This document shows, piece by piece, positions 24,922 to 38,276 of a DNA stretch of 64,000 nt. The stretch covers positions 620,001 through 684,000 of the forward strand of contig JBEUKZ010000010.1 in the NCBI GenBank assembly GCA_048128005.1, written 5' to 3'. The notes under the pieces are model-generated. The model did not search any database. It was not told the DNA's origin and worked only from the letters and a program-made list of their open reading frames with translations. Position 1 is the first letter of the stretch, and each line of letters starts with the position of its first letter. Position numbers and translations under genes: made by a program. This DNA comes from Veleropilina oligotropha. Lineage: Eukaryota.

Positions 24922-27605
24922 TCATGTGTATATTCAGGAATTTGAAAGAGGGTTCAAAATATACGTGTACTATCGTCTGTTCGTGTGGAGATCATGGCTT
25001 CACACAGATGAAAATTTTGACAATAACGGTGTAAAACTACCACTCCTGCTTTCTAAGAGAGCATTAATGCGATATATTTTACTAACATTTAGTAAATTTA
25101 ACAATCGCAATTTTAAATATACTATGAAATATGTATATACAAATTTCGTTTGTGTTAAAATGGGGGATCGTTAGCATCCCAGGTGACTCCTCTGGCTATG
25201 CTCATGGTATTGTGTTTGAGACTCTTGGTCTGTCTGCATGTATGCTTTGAAACTTTTGATACTACCTACTTAAATTATACTCAAGGAAGGATATATGTAA
25301 CCTATATGGTCAGTCAAGATTTGGTAGGTCAAGATTTGGTAGATTCAGATACAAACGATATAACTGTATATCAATGATTCTTTGTCACAATACGACAAGA
25401 GAGTGACGTAGTTTCAAATTCATGCACTTGACTGTTCAGGAGTCCGGGTTCTTCAGCTGAGCACGTTTTCGATTACCAGTCATAGTTGTCCATAATTGGC
25501 TGGTGCGGGGGGGGGTTTTCCGTGACATATTTCATTAAACTTGATCGATTAATCTATCCTGTACATATATTTTCTATGAATGCACCCGCAGCTGGCTTAT
25601 TTTGAGAAATACTCCTCATATTAGAGAGGGTACATTTTATTGTAAAATGATTTATATCAATTTGAGATAATTGACAGTCTATCAAATTCACTTAAATCTA
25701 ATATATAAGTAAATTAATATTAGGAAAAGGTGGTTGCATTAGTTGAGCTATATGGGCTACATATATATGTTTCTTTTTCACTTATAAAAGCAACATATCC
25801 TTTTTTATATATTCCTCCAATGTTTTAGTTATATCTGGAATAAGTGTGGTCCAAAATATGTATACACATCTTGTCTTACATGTTTGCATACAGGCAAAGT
25901 GTGTCAGAAGGCGTTGAAGCGAAAATTCGAACAAATTCGCTCATGCCCTCAAGAAATAATTCCATGTTGTAGATTTTAATCTCACATCATTGCTGAAATC
26001 CCAAGGCACATAAATTCTTTCGAAGAATAGATAATGGCCAATAAATTGTTCCAATGAAATTATGAGCAACTATCATTTTACTATGCATATCTTTGTAGAC
26101 AAACGTGTGTGTAGTCGTTGTTACTGTTCAAGTGGGTGAAAGTAGATTTTCTAGCTGTGTTCAACGCACCAGACGACTTGGCTTTGTGTTAAGTAATGCA
26201 GTCAAGAGAATGTGATAATAAGAATATAATGATGATACACGTTGTAACATTTCTTGACATTATTTTTGAAAATTTGTTGATCTTTCGCAATAGCTTGTGA
26301 CGTTTCGTTTCTGTTTTTTCAATTGTAATGATTTAAATGTCGTGAATTGTTACATGAAATTTTGTTGTCAGGATATGTCTGTGATGAAGAACTGTGTTAA
26401 TTATTCTCTTGAGTGTTTCCCATACATGGATATGTATTGGACTGACACGGCTTATAATATACGGCTTATAATATACATTATAACGTTTCCTTTGAAATAT
26501 TACTCATATGGATTAACTCCTTGACCGTCTTGTTGTTTATTTGTTTGTTACTTGCCCCGTTTAGTTCAGTGAAGCAAATACTTGTATAGTAGAATTTAAA
26601 TTGACCTTAATCGATTGATTTAGTTTAATTGCCTTGGAGGCTTTTAATCACATTACCACCCTACTCCAACAACGTTAGAGCCTGCTATAGTTCCTATTCA
26701 GACTCTAACGGCTGAGCTAAAATTTCTCACCGCAGAATATTCTTAAGGTGAAAATCACGGCATGTGGCGAAAAATACTAAATTTCAATAAAGTAACTACA
26801 GTTTATCATTTACGTGCATCGGTATATGTTCCTTTATACCAAATTTCATCACATGCTGCCCCAATTTTGTTACATTAACACCGAAAAGCTACTTTGGAAC
26901 ATAAACGGACGGTTTTTAACTTTTACAGAAGACGGTCGCCATTTTGTGACGTTAGCATTAATTCCACCAATCAACATCACATAGCCAATTATTCTGATAG
27001 AGGGCGTGACCGAGGAGGAAAATGACATCATATTAAGAAAAAAAGTTTGACGGTTAAACATTGACAAATAATGCGTTTTATCATACATTATGACGACAAA
27101 ATCAATAAAAATTAACAGGTATGTATATATTCATGCATATTTATACAATTTAAATATTTACTGTTTGTTTCACTGTATTTTTAATAAGTAATTTGATCCA
27201 AAACCGTTCCCGACGAAATCCATCGGGAACCTGCTCGTCATAAAAGGTGCTTGGGATATATGAGCTAGGGTATGAAAGGCACGTCAACCCGGTCTCATAT
27301 GTTATAGGAGTAATTTGACCACCCTTCAGGGCTTAGATCCATGCATGTCCTTATTATCATAGGACAAAAGCCGGAAATGTCCAGCGATATGTGTATTATG
27401 ACCCAGCCATGCAGTTATGGGCCACTGTGACTTTGATTTTCCCAAAGTATCTTCGACCATAAATCTCAAGTGCACGTAGCCAGTGCACGTGGGTCTGAGT
27501 GAATTAAAATGAATAGTCATAGTCATACTGATGCAGCCATTGAAATCGAATTAAATTGAAAGAATCTAGCATAATATGCGTGAGGTCTCTTACTGTAATG
27601 ATAAT

Positions 27606-28003
27606 ATTAGTTACATGGTGCTTTAGTGACGTAATATGGTATATACAGGGTGAGTAGAATTCATATCAGGCGAGAGCGAAGCTCGAGCCTGATATGAATT
27701 CTACTCACCCTGTATATACCATATTACGTCACTAAAGCACCATGTAACGAATATATCTTACCGACAACCTTGTTTTACACTTTAACTTGTCTAAACCGGT
27801 CACATTCCTGTGGTGTCGTCTGCGCGAACCGTTTTTTGGCCGCCATATTGTTTATCGATTTGTAAGCCACAGGCACTGACAGGGGCGATAACTCTATACC
27901 GACCCCATATGGAGGTGAAGTAACTGCATATGGTTTATACACCGTCGACACGTGATGGGTCTAACCCAATCGCTATCGTGGAAACTTGTTGGAGGTAAGA
28001 TAT
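27606..28003 (+). mobile_element. Hairpin-ended non-autonomous element, family iv, copy 1
   Basis: Perfect hairpin 27610-27748 with loop GAGAGCGAAGCTCGA. Inner IR ATATCTTACC (~27753) matches terminal GGTAAGATAT (27994-28003). Second copy at 48668-49178. Confidence 0.85.
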
Positions 28004-31000
28004 TGTGTAATATGGTATCAGTACTGGAATTCAGATTACAAAATAACGTATTATTCACTCAGTACCCATAACTGATATGGCATAATGAATTAATGCTGTC
28101 TTAACATATTGCAATATCTGATAATTAATTTGTCTTTCGACACTGACAAATGCACTTTTACACTGCCTCATTGTGTGTAGGTATTCTTATGGACAATAAC
28201 GGTACTATGCAATCTTGTAAGTGTCACTATTTATGCGAAAATCACCTAAATGTCCTACTGCGAGTGTCATTAATACCCATAAACAAATATGTTGTGTGTC
28301 GTGGCCTTCTGCCACTAGTCCGATACAGTCTATCAGTTCTTTTCATCTGTCTCACCTATTCCTCCATTCTCACCATGTTTAGATAGCAGCTCACGTATCC
28401 AAGCATGAAACTGCTGATAAAGGCAGGACAAATGAGGCAACCCGACACAGCGTGCGACCAGTTTGTATGTAAAGGTTGAAACACAACAACTCGTGAACTT
28501 TGATGGGAACTAAATCAAAATATTGAATATAATATAAAATCTCTTTGCGGGAAATAAACTTATGATTAATAGTGTTCGACTGTATATATCACGTGCCGTT
28601 GGTTACGCTAGTCTGATTTGATGGTGACAGTAACTAAATGGGATTTTTATCAATAAATTAATTTAAAAGAGTAAAGTTATGTTTATATATAAGTGACGTA
28701 CCAGTGCATTGTTACTGTTAACAGAAAATGTAGACCCATATATGGTGACCTTCCGCATGATGTAATGGATTTTTATTTTATTTGAATCAATTTAGTTTTA
28801 CGACGACATTGTAACAATTAACTATCTATCCGCTACACGAATATGGTGTGCAAAATGATAACGCATACCTGTGACACATCAGTTAATTGAGCTTGAGTAG
28901 CTTACGTTGTGGTCCTGCATCTTAACCCCTAAGCCACGCTGCCCAGTAGACCTAGTGGAGAGCTCCTCGATAGCATACGGAATTGCACAAAAAATTAAGG
29001 TTGCAATTGTCTTCATAATACGTACTACCTAAAATATCTCTTGAGGTTGAGATAATTTGTGGTTGTGTGTACCGGCAGTCAAGTCTGACTTTACTTATAT
29101 AATTAATTAGTAGTTGCTTTCTTCATATTTCCACTTACCGAGCTTTTGCGCTGCTCAGCGCTTTGGTTATGTGATTATTTGGAAAATTGATAATCCCTCA
29201 GGTAATTATGGCAACATAATTAAGGGTATCGACAAACAAAATTGGCTTACCCCTCCATTAGTGAAACATATGACTGAAATTAATGAAAAATGAACCGCCA
29301 TTTAGATACAATAATGGCTCGTTTATTGTCATTTGAAGCCACTTTCAGTAGCAGCCTGTTTCCCTTTCTGACTGATTGGTATATGTTCAATTATTACCTT
29401 CGTTAATATGTTGGCGCTAATCACAGAGATATTGGCATTATTGCTAGTGATATTCGACTGCACGCATCAATTCCAATTGCTGATTAGACAATTATTGTCA
29501 GAGTGCAAATATGATCATGACGACTAGGTACATTTGTTTTTTGAGCGGTCATGTAGAGTTTATCCGAGAGCGTGGATCGATCGATCTCAATTTTCTCACT
29601 TGATTCGATCCTCTAATTAACTGGAGTGGGTTCAAATCCTTGGCTCAGAGTTTTTAATAATGACCGCAGAATGCAAGTTATTCTATGATCAGATCTGTAT
29701 AGAAATCACTACCTAGGATTCATATATATCAGCTAATATCCATTTAATCAAGACTTAATTAACGATCTATTTATGAAAAATTACCTGTGGAATTCTGGTT
29801 GATTTCGTGTCCTCACTGATGTACTCTGGGAATTGGTTAACAAATGTCACTGTTAATGACCATACCAATATTGAATAATCTTTCCATCATAAATCATTTG
29901 AGAAATTATAGGATAATAAATTAAGTACTGTATATACATTGTTTGCAACAATTATGGTAAAGTATTTGCATCTCGGTATTGAACATCTATGAATTTACCA
30001 GAACTACCCCAAGAGACAAAGGAATAAATGATATTTGGTGTAAATTGGCATGGCGTAATTAACAAAGAAATATAGCTCAATTCCATATGAAGTCGATGTG
30101 TATAAATTTCTATGAACATAGTTTTGTAGTTTTTCTTTTAAGAAAGCTCTGTACTTTATTTCTGGATCAATTCTATGCAATGCTATCCCCCCCCCCCCCC
30201 CCACCGATTCTGACACGATGCTAAACTGTAACTTAATTCCTGTGACTAAGACACATAACCTTCTGTAGACAAAATGATTAATTAAATGTGCGAAAAATTC
30301 GTTAGATGGTGATGCCAGCAGCATAAAACTAAGTGTTAATCTTCTAGAGATTAATACCCAGGTTAATACTGTATTGTGACCAGCATGCAAAAGACGTGTG
30401 GTTCAGTGCTAGATCTATCTGAAGTAAAAACTCTAGACTATGATCGATGCAAAATCGCCATCAATTACTGGAAAAAGGCGAGTTAATTAAGATTTCATGG
30501 GAAGTGGATTATGGGTGGAACATGTATTGAATATTAATGTTATGTTTGCATAATACCACCAATTTTGCATTTGACGCAAATGCGTTCAGGAATTTAGTAC
30601 TATATAATAGAAACAATTATACTTGCTTGTAAAGTGCTATAAAATAACTTTGTTGCTATCAAAATATCCCATACTCTCTGAATTTCCATGAGTTTGAAAA
30701 TAAAACATTATGTCATCTTGGCAAACCATCAATTTATGCAAAACATGCAATATTCTTCCTGTAAAGTGTTCGCGGCTCTACTCTTTTCTCACTATCATAG
30801 AGCATTTGACTTTGATGTTAGAAATATGGTGGATATATAAATGCTGTGCTTGGATTGTATTTTCCGTTCAATATTGATTCTCGTCTTTGTCGTGTTTGCC
30901 ATTCCATTCTGGCACCTTTTGTTCCCGCCTGCCGTGGTTCATATCTCGTCAACATATCGGTTTGTCGTCCCTGTTTGCAGATTGTCTTAGCCGATTTGGA

Positions 31001-31371
31001 GTCTGACGTCTGCTAGGGAAATGAATTTCAAGCTGATTTTAACAGCGAAGTCCTGCTTGCAATATTCAAAAGATAAGCATATTATTTACCGAGGCGACAG
31101 TGAAGTTATTTTTTGTTGATCTGCAGCAATGTATGGATAGGCATTTATTTGTACGTGATGAGGTGTGAAGTTCTATTAGATCCCGAGTTTCGTTCAAATA
31201 TATTTCATGAAACGAAATATGCAAGCAAGGCAGAAGAATGTCACCAATTGTTGAGAATAAATATTTTTTGGAATAGAAACAAAACAGGTTTATGTATGTG
31301 TAGATTAATGCCATCGATTGCAATGTGACAAAAAAAATTGTTTATGAGAATGGGAAGATTGACATCCTCAT

Positions 31372-32386
31372 AACTAGACGCTCAGTCATGTGTGACCGCA
31401 TATGTACCCCCCGGTAATGACCTGTCTGGAGCGATCACAAGGAATTATGCTTTAAAATCCAAGATGGAGGCCACAGCGGCCATCTTGTCGGTCGGACCAA
31501 ACCTAAAATCTATAGGTGTCGTGTCCCCGCCCAAACCAATGCACATACCAAATTTGAAAACATTCCATTAAGAAATGACCAGTCAAGAGCGATCACGAGG
31601 AATCTCTCGACGGCGGCCATCTTGGAGGTCGGACCACACCCGAGATATATAAGTGTAGTGTCCTCACCCAAATCAATGCACATACCAAATTTGAAAACAT
31701 TCCGTTAAGAAATTACCTGTCTAGAGCGATCACAAGCAATTATGGTGGCCATGGCGGACAGCTTGGAGGTCGGACCACACCCAAAATTTATAGGTGGCTT
31801 GTTCTTGCCCTAACCAATGCACATACCAAATTTGAAAACATTCCGTTAAGAAATGGCCTGTGTAGAGCAATCACAAGGAATTAAATGCAAGATGGAGGCC
31901 ACAGCGGCCATCTTGGAGGTCGGACCACACCCAAAATGTATAGGTGTCGTGTCCTCGCCACAACCAATGCACATACCAAATTTGAAAACTGCGTTAAGAA
32001 ATGGCCTGTCTATAGCGATCACAAGGAATTATGCTTAAAATTCAAGATGGGGGCCACAGCGGCCATCTTGGAGGTCGGACCACACCCAATTTCTATAGGT
32101 GTGGTGTCCTCGCCACAACCAATGCACATACCAAATTTGAAAACATTCCGTTAAGAAATGGCCAGTCTAGAGCGATCACAAGGAATTATTCATAAAATTC
32201 AAGATGGAGACCACAGTGGCCATCTTGGAGGTCGGACCATATCCAAGTTCTATAGGTGTCGTGTCCACGCCCCAACCAATGCGCATACAAAATTTGAAAA
32301 CATTCCGTTAAGAAACAGCGTGCCAAGAGTGATCACGAGGAATCTCTCGGCGGACGCGGCGGCGTAACGAACGCTAAACCATGTAC
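31372..32386 (+). mobile_element. HINE, 3'-truncated, with ~6-7 tandem ~140-158-bp units
   Basis: Starts AACTAGAC. Subterminal ATGTACCCCCC, units containing CAAGATGG..GCGGCCATCTTG and CATACCAAATTTGAAAAC, then a GCGG microsatellite. Breaks off at CATGTAC. Confidence 0.7.
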
Positions 32387-33309
32387 TTGACTTGTTGAAC
32401 AAGTCTTTAAAACTCAAATGTTAATTTTCTCATTTTACATTAATTATGTAATGTCGTTGCTTTTACTGTGTACATCTAGATCTATTATTGGAACAAATTA
32501 ATGGAACAAATGTATTTATCTTGGAACAAGGGCATAGGGTAAAATATTGTGCCAAATATTCCAAACTGTGGAGTTCTTTTATAAATTTGACATGCATGAT
32601 AACATCAAGAGCACAAGTGTGTTGCGTTAAATTCAGAAATGCATATCTGCCTGTTGCAATCGCGTCTCGCAGAGATTTGATTTGGCTAATGAGTCGGCCC
32701 GATTCCGGGACAGTGGACTTCATTAATTCTTGGATTCTCGTGTTCGTCAAATAATCAGCACTGCCAGCCGTCAACCTCCGATTAATTCGACTGCCAACTG
32801 TCGTCTGCAGTTGGAATGATAAGATATTGCCTGGGAAGAAAATCTCAGAAAATCACGACGGTTTAACAATTGATACATTTATCTGTCTTATCTTTTGACA
32901 GTTTAGTAATTAATTTCGATTTAGAAGGTTTTATTGAAAATTCTGGAAAGTGTTTAGAAATTATTGATGAAATATTAATTTGTGTGCGATATTGATGTGG
33001 TAATACCAATTTCAGAATGTAATGTACATGTATTATCAATTTATTTTATTCTTTAATCTAAGGATTTAACAGATAACTGCAAAATGCATGTTTAGATGGA
33101 GATTCCTCATCACCTCTCTGAAAATGCTAGCATCACAGGTGAATGTGCTATAACTATCGTACCAGTATTGTCAATATCCATCATTGCCTTAATCAGATAA
33201 CACATTCCAATCGATTGAGGGACACCGATACTGCTTATTTGATACATAGGCACTTGTATATGGGATGATAGATTTGCGTTATAAAAGTCATTAAAACCTA
33301 ATACAAGAT

Positions 33310-33822
33310 ATAGAGGAAATCGAACGAGTGTCCATTCCATATGAGAATTATGAAACGAGTCGGGCACAATTTATGTACCGAGCCTTGGCAAGGTACATAA
33401 ATTTGCTGACGAGTTTCATAATTCTCATATGAAATGGACACAAGTTTCATATCTTCTTTATCACATGACTTTATTTACCGTTAAACTTATTTTATTGCAT
33501 TTTTAAACACATTTCTTGACGTTTTAAAACTGTCATTAATTTCAGTCATTAAACGGCCTGACCCAGACGCTTCACACCTCGACAGCACGTGCCACGCCAA
33601 TACACCAATAAAAAATAGTTCAACGTCAGTAATAGACGAGTGAACACGTATGAATTATTCATTATGTTAATGAGGGTGATTCGCCGCCTAATCAACTTGG
33701 CGCCAGATGCGATAATCGGCCGTCATGCTCGCCCTCATTTGCATACTTATGACACATGTCTTTTTGTATATAGATTTATGGAACGGCCTCCACAGTTCCA
33801 TAACAGGTTTGTCATGTGATAA
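33310..33822 (+). mobile_element. Hairpin-ended non-autonomous element, family v, copy 1
   Basis: Starts ATAGAGG. Hairpin to ~33455, inner TTATCACATGAC and terminal GTCATGTGATAA. Direct copy at 34743-35266. Confidence 0.85.
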
Positions 33823-34742
33823 GTTAACTTATTGTTTGTTTTCATTTATATTTATCACATAATTTATAACCGCATTGTCCATAACTTAGTCTACACAAAC
33901 AGTCCATTTATAGCTGCTCTGACGTTATTTCGCCACGGTAAACTTGGAATTCCCCAGCCTAGGTCAAATGATGTCATGGGTCAACAGACACCCATACGTG
34001 TCTATGAAAGAGAGAAGGCATGCAACTTAATTGAAAAATGAATTTCCACAGATTTTACACATCCCACCATAGTATGACATTTCAAACGTCAAATTAATGC
34101 ACAGTCTGTAGCCAATCCATACATCAATCGATTCAATAGATATTAAACATTCCGTCAATCCAATGTTTTAAGAAATACAAACCCGCAGTACAGCAATATC
34201 GAGAAAAGCGTACAATTTATCGCCGTAACATCTCCTCGAATGGAAGTACAAGCGTCATGCAGCCAGTTACAGAGTAAGACTCGCAGCGAGATATTTTCCT
34301 AGAGCGTAAATAAGGCGTCTGCTACAATGCTGTGGATGCCAATCAACAACGTTTGAGGAGATTTTACTGTGATAAAACGTATGCCTTTCTCGATATTGCT
34401 GTACTGCGGGTTTGTATTTCTTAAAACATTGGATTGACAGAATGTTTAATATCTATTTAATCGATTGATGTATGGATTGGCTACAGACTGCATTAATTTG
34501 ACTTGTGAACTGTCATACTACGGTGGGGTGTGGAAATTCATTTTTCAAGTTGCATGCCTTCTCTTTTTCATAGACACGGGTGTCTGTTGACCCGTGACAT
34601 CATTTGACCTAGGCTGGGGAATTCCCCGTTTTCTGTTGCGAAATAATGCCAGACCAGTTATAAATGGACTATTTGTGTAGGCTGACTTATGGACAATGCG
34701 GTCATAAATAATGTGATAAATATAAATGAAAACAAACAATAA

Positions 34743-35266
34743 ATAGAGGATATCGAACGAGTGTCCATTCCATATGAGAATTATGAAACGAGTCGGGCAC
34801 AATTTATGTACCGAGCCTTGGCGAGGTACATAAATTTGCTGACGAGTTTCATAATTCTCATATGAAATGGACACAAGTTTCATATCTTCTTTTTCACATG
34901 ACTTTATTTACCTTTAAACTTATTTTATTGCGTTTTTAAACGCATTTCTTTACGTTTTAAAACTAATTTCTGTCAGAACTTTCAGTAATAAATTGCCATT
35001 GCCTCAGACGCATCACGCATCGAAAGCACGCGCCACGCCAGTACGCCAATACAAAATAGTTCAACGTCGGTAACCGACAAGTCAACGCGTATGAATTATT
35101 CAATATGTTAATGAGGGTGATACGCCGCCTAATCAACTTGGCGCCAGATGCGATGATCGACCGTCATGTTCGCCCTCATGCATTTGCATACTTATGGGAC
35201 GTGTCTTTTGTATTGAAATTTATGGAACGGTTTGTACTGTTCCATAACAGCTTTGTCATGTGATAA
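34743..35266 (+). mobile_element. Hairpin-ended non-autonomous element, family v, copy 2
   Basis: Same ends and internal layout as 33310-33822 with scattered substitutions. Confidence 0.85.
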
Positions 35267-37400
35267 GTTAACATCTTATATCTATATCAAATATACTTAC
35301 GTCCTTACTAATGCCATAATCAGCCTATTATCGCTAAGGTGGAAATGGTAATTTTCGCACTTTTAGTAAATTTAACCCAGTTGACCCACTGACCTGCTCG
35401 ACCTCCTCAAGTTCATGACTAATAAAGAGCTCGCCAACTCCCGCGAGATCCTCGTGACCAAAAGGTCATGACCTCTTCCGAAGTTTTCCGCCATCTTGAT
35501 CATGTCGCGTTTTACTTTGCTCCATCATCTGATGTGAAATTTCGATCTTTTTAGAGCCAGATTTAACAATCAAATAAGCTCATAAGATCGATTGTAGTGT
35601 GTAAACACGTTTAGTGGAAAAATTGAGAGTTTTCCTCCTGAGTGAACCTTCTTAGAAGTTTTTCTGTCGAGTACAGACAGAAGTTCTGAAATCAACACCC
35701 TCCACTGACGACGCCATCTTGGAATTCTGAAAAGAACATAAAGAGGACGCTCAGAGGGATATTTAAAGAAGGAAGCTCCTTAGCAATTACTAAGGAGTCA
35801 GGAGATAGTTGATTATTGATATTGCTTGATTTGCATTGACAATTCATTTATATATACGATAATTTCCTCAACGACGTTTTTCTTGCTATAAATTTATGTA
35901 ATCAAATTTATCGTCGTTGAAAAGCAGATTGTTTAGTATTTAACTATCGTTATTTTGGTAAATCTGCTAAGTCGGGGATAACACGCCGAATTCTAACAAA
36001 TTGATATATATACATCCAAGAGGTTTTTAGGTGTGAAGGGCGGTTTCTTGTAAAAGAAAGACCTCCCGTTTCTCAATTCGTTGGCCGACTTTTGTTAAAA
36101 AGTTTATCAAAGTCGGTGTTTTGGGCGTATAATCCGCCGGAAGTTTTAAGCGTATTTCAGCCTTTTCCAACTCTCGGATCAGGTACAATCGAGGTTGTAG
36201 TAGTAATTTGGTAAACTACCCGGGAAATATCCTTATCACTTCATACCCTATCTCCTATAGTGGGGCGGATATGTGAAAAAGTAGTGCACTTCCGGCAGAA
36301 AGCATGAAATTTCGTATATAAGGGTTTTGGGGTATGCTGAATCCATAGCGATCAGGAGACAAGTCGTAAAATGAGTGCTTCCCATTCAAAATGGCCGATT
36401 TCAAAATGGCCGCCACAAAAATCGCGAAAATTCATAAAGCTTGCAAATGGGTGACCGAAATAGCACAGAATGTTTATTTTATTGTTTATTTAATGAGTAT
36501 GACCTGTAAGCTATTGACTAGGATCAAAATATTAACATTTGGGATATTTCTAATTAGCGAAAATCCAAGATGGCCGCCAAATTTGGGATTTAAAAGAGGT
36601 GGTTTGTAATTTGTTAACCAATTGACATTAAGCAAGCTTTCTTGGGGGCTAACCAAACGTTTGGCCAGAGAGTGAACTCTGCACTAGTCAACAGAATCAA
36701 AATAATAATATTTGGGATATTTCTAATTAACAGAAATCCAAGATGGCCGCCAAATTTGAGATTAACAAAAATGTGGCTTGTCATTTTTTAACTGATTGAC
36801 ATAAAAAAGCCTTCTTAAGGGCTAACCAAACGTTTTGTCAGAGAGTGAGCTCTACACTAGTCAATATAATCAAGCTATTAACATTTGAGATATTTCTAAT
36901 CAACGAAAATCCAAGATGGCCGCCAAATTTGGGAAACCGTTACTTTCCGAGCAATCAAATTCAATAATCCGTTAGACAAATTCGTAATCCAGGGACAGAC
37001 AAAATCGGTGAAAGTCCAAAACACATTGATGGCAGCGAACCCGCCATACGGAGAGTGGGGTCACGTGGGTAATCACCCCTGTTTCGCATGCGACACCCAT
37101 CACTGCATCAGACTATGTTATTCTACACAAAAGCTCCACAATAATCAGTACAAATAGTGTATAGTGGACAAAGGTATGCTAATGACGTCATGGTCAGCAC
37201 GGTCTCAATCTGGCCTTGACTGAGGCATGTAATTCGCGGAATAGGATTGGATATATAAAACAAAAACAAGGAAAATGACATCAACCTGAAACAATGAGCC
37301 GTGATGCATATTATTTGGAATCACTTGACATAACAAAATGACAATTGGGTTATTCGATACCAATTATGGAATACTAGAAGATCGGTGTTATACTGTTTCA

Positions 37401-38276
37401 CTAATTGGTACATTGTCCAGCACAAAAACATAACTGAGTACATGGAAGGTTTGATTTGGAGCATTTACATCGTCCGGTACAGTTCTTTTTGCACTGGCAT
37501 TTTATTAATTCACGGCATGCCTTTGATGCTTCGGGGAGAGAAGTCCACACAGGCGTCCAAATGTCATCAACCTCTCGTTTCCAGCCCCATGCTTGTGGTG
37601 ATGGTAAAGTTGGATTTGCTACGAACATCTGTCCCCAAATATGACCAGCCTGGTAGGCAGCACGCTGTATATGCTGCTGAAGAGCTCCATGTGTTGGGGG
37701 TATATTTTGGAGCTTACGATTGCCGTACGCAAAGAGGTGTTTACGAGCCTCATTCACAGAATTCAATGATGAAGTACGACTGTACAAAAGCACAACATAC
37801 CTCTCCAGTTGGTCCATGTCATTCTGTGATACTACACTGGGCGCATGAGACAGCTTTTTAAAAAGAGGTGCAAGCTGTGGAAGTGACCTCCAAACATCCC
37901 ATGCTGTCTTCTTTCCTATTCCGTGAAGGAACGAAACGGTATCACAACCCGACACAGCATGTAGAAAGAGCAATCCCCACGACCAGTCAGTTCCCAAATG
38001 AGCTGCAATTGCGTGAGCTGAAATGTACCGAAACTTTGTACCGTGACCAAAAGCCAACCACAAAGTACAACCAGTCATAGCACTGGCTGCTGCAACAGCT
38101 AAAACCAGAACATCGGTATCAGTTGCCTGAATTAGAAAATGCCGGAATCCCTGATGGTAACCATGCGCTACATGTAGCAGCATTCTGTAGTCTGCCTCTT
38201 CATGAGTACAAGGTTGAAGAGTTGATACATCCGATGGAGTTGAGGAGACAATATTCTCGCATTCCGTGGAAAGCAA
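37401..38276 (-). pseudogene. Inverted, 5'-truncated duplicate of the Academ nuclease ORF
   Basis: Translation identical to the C-terminal 291 aa of 38277-39500. Confidence 0.85.

Noticed and set aside
24264..24925. CRISPR-like array or repeat proteins
   Set aside because: Units are directly adjacent with no unique spacers, there are no cas genes and the context is eukaryotic. The same applies to the 31-bp and 39-bp arrays.
32463..32774. 103-aa ORF and neighbouring GC-richer islands (30900-31050, 55540-55800) as exons or enhancers
   Set aside because: No recognisable domain or splice pattern. A regulatory role cannot be supported without conservation data.
35293..35320. U1 snRNA gene
   Set aside because: Only the first 8 nt match. 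The rest is DIRS ITR.
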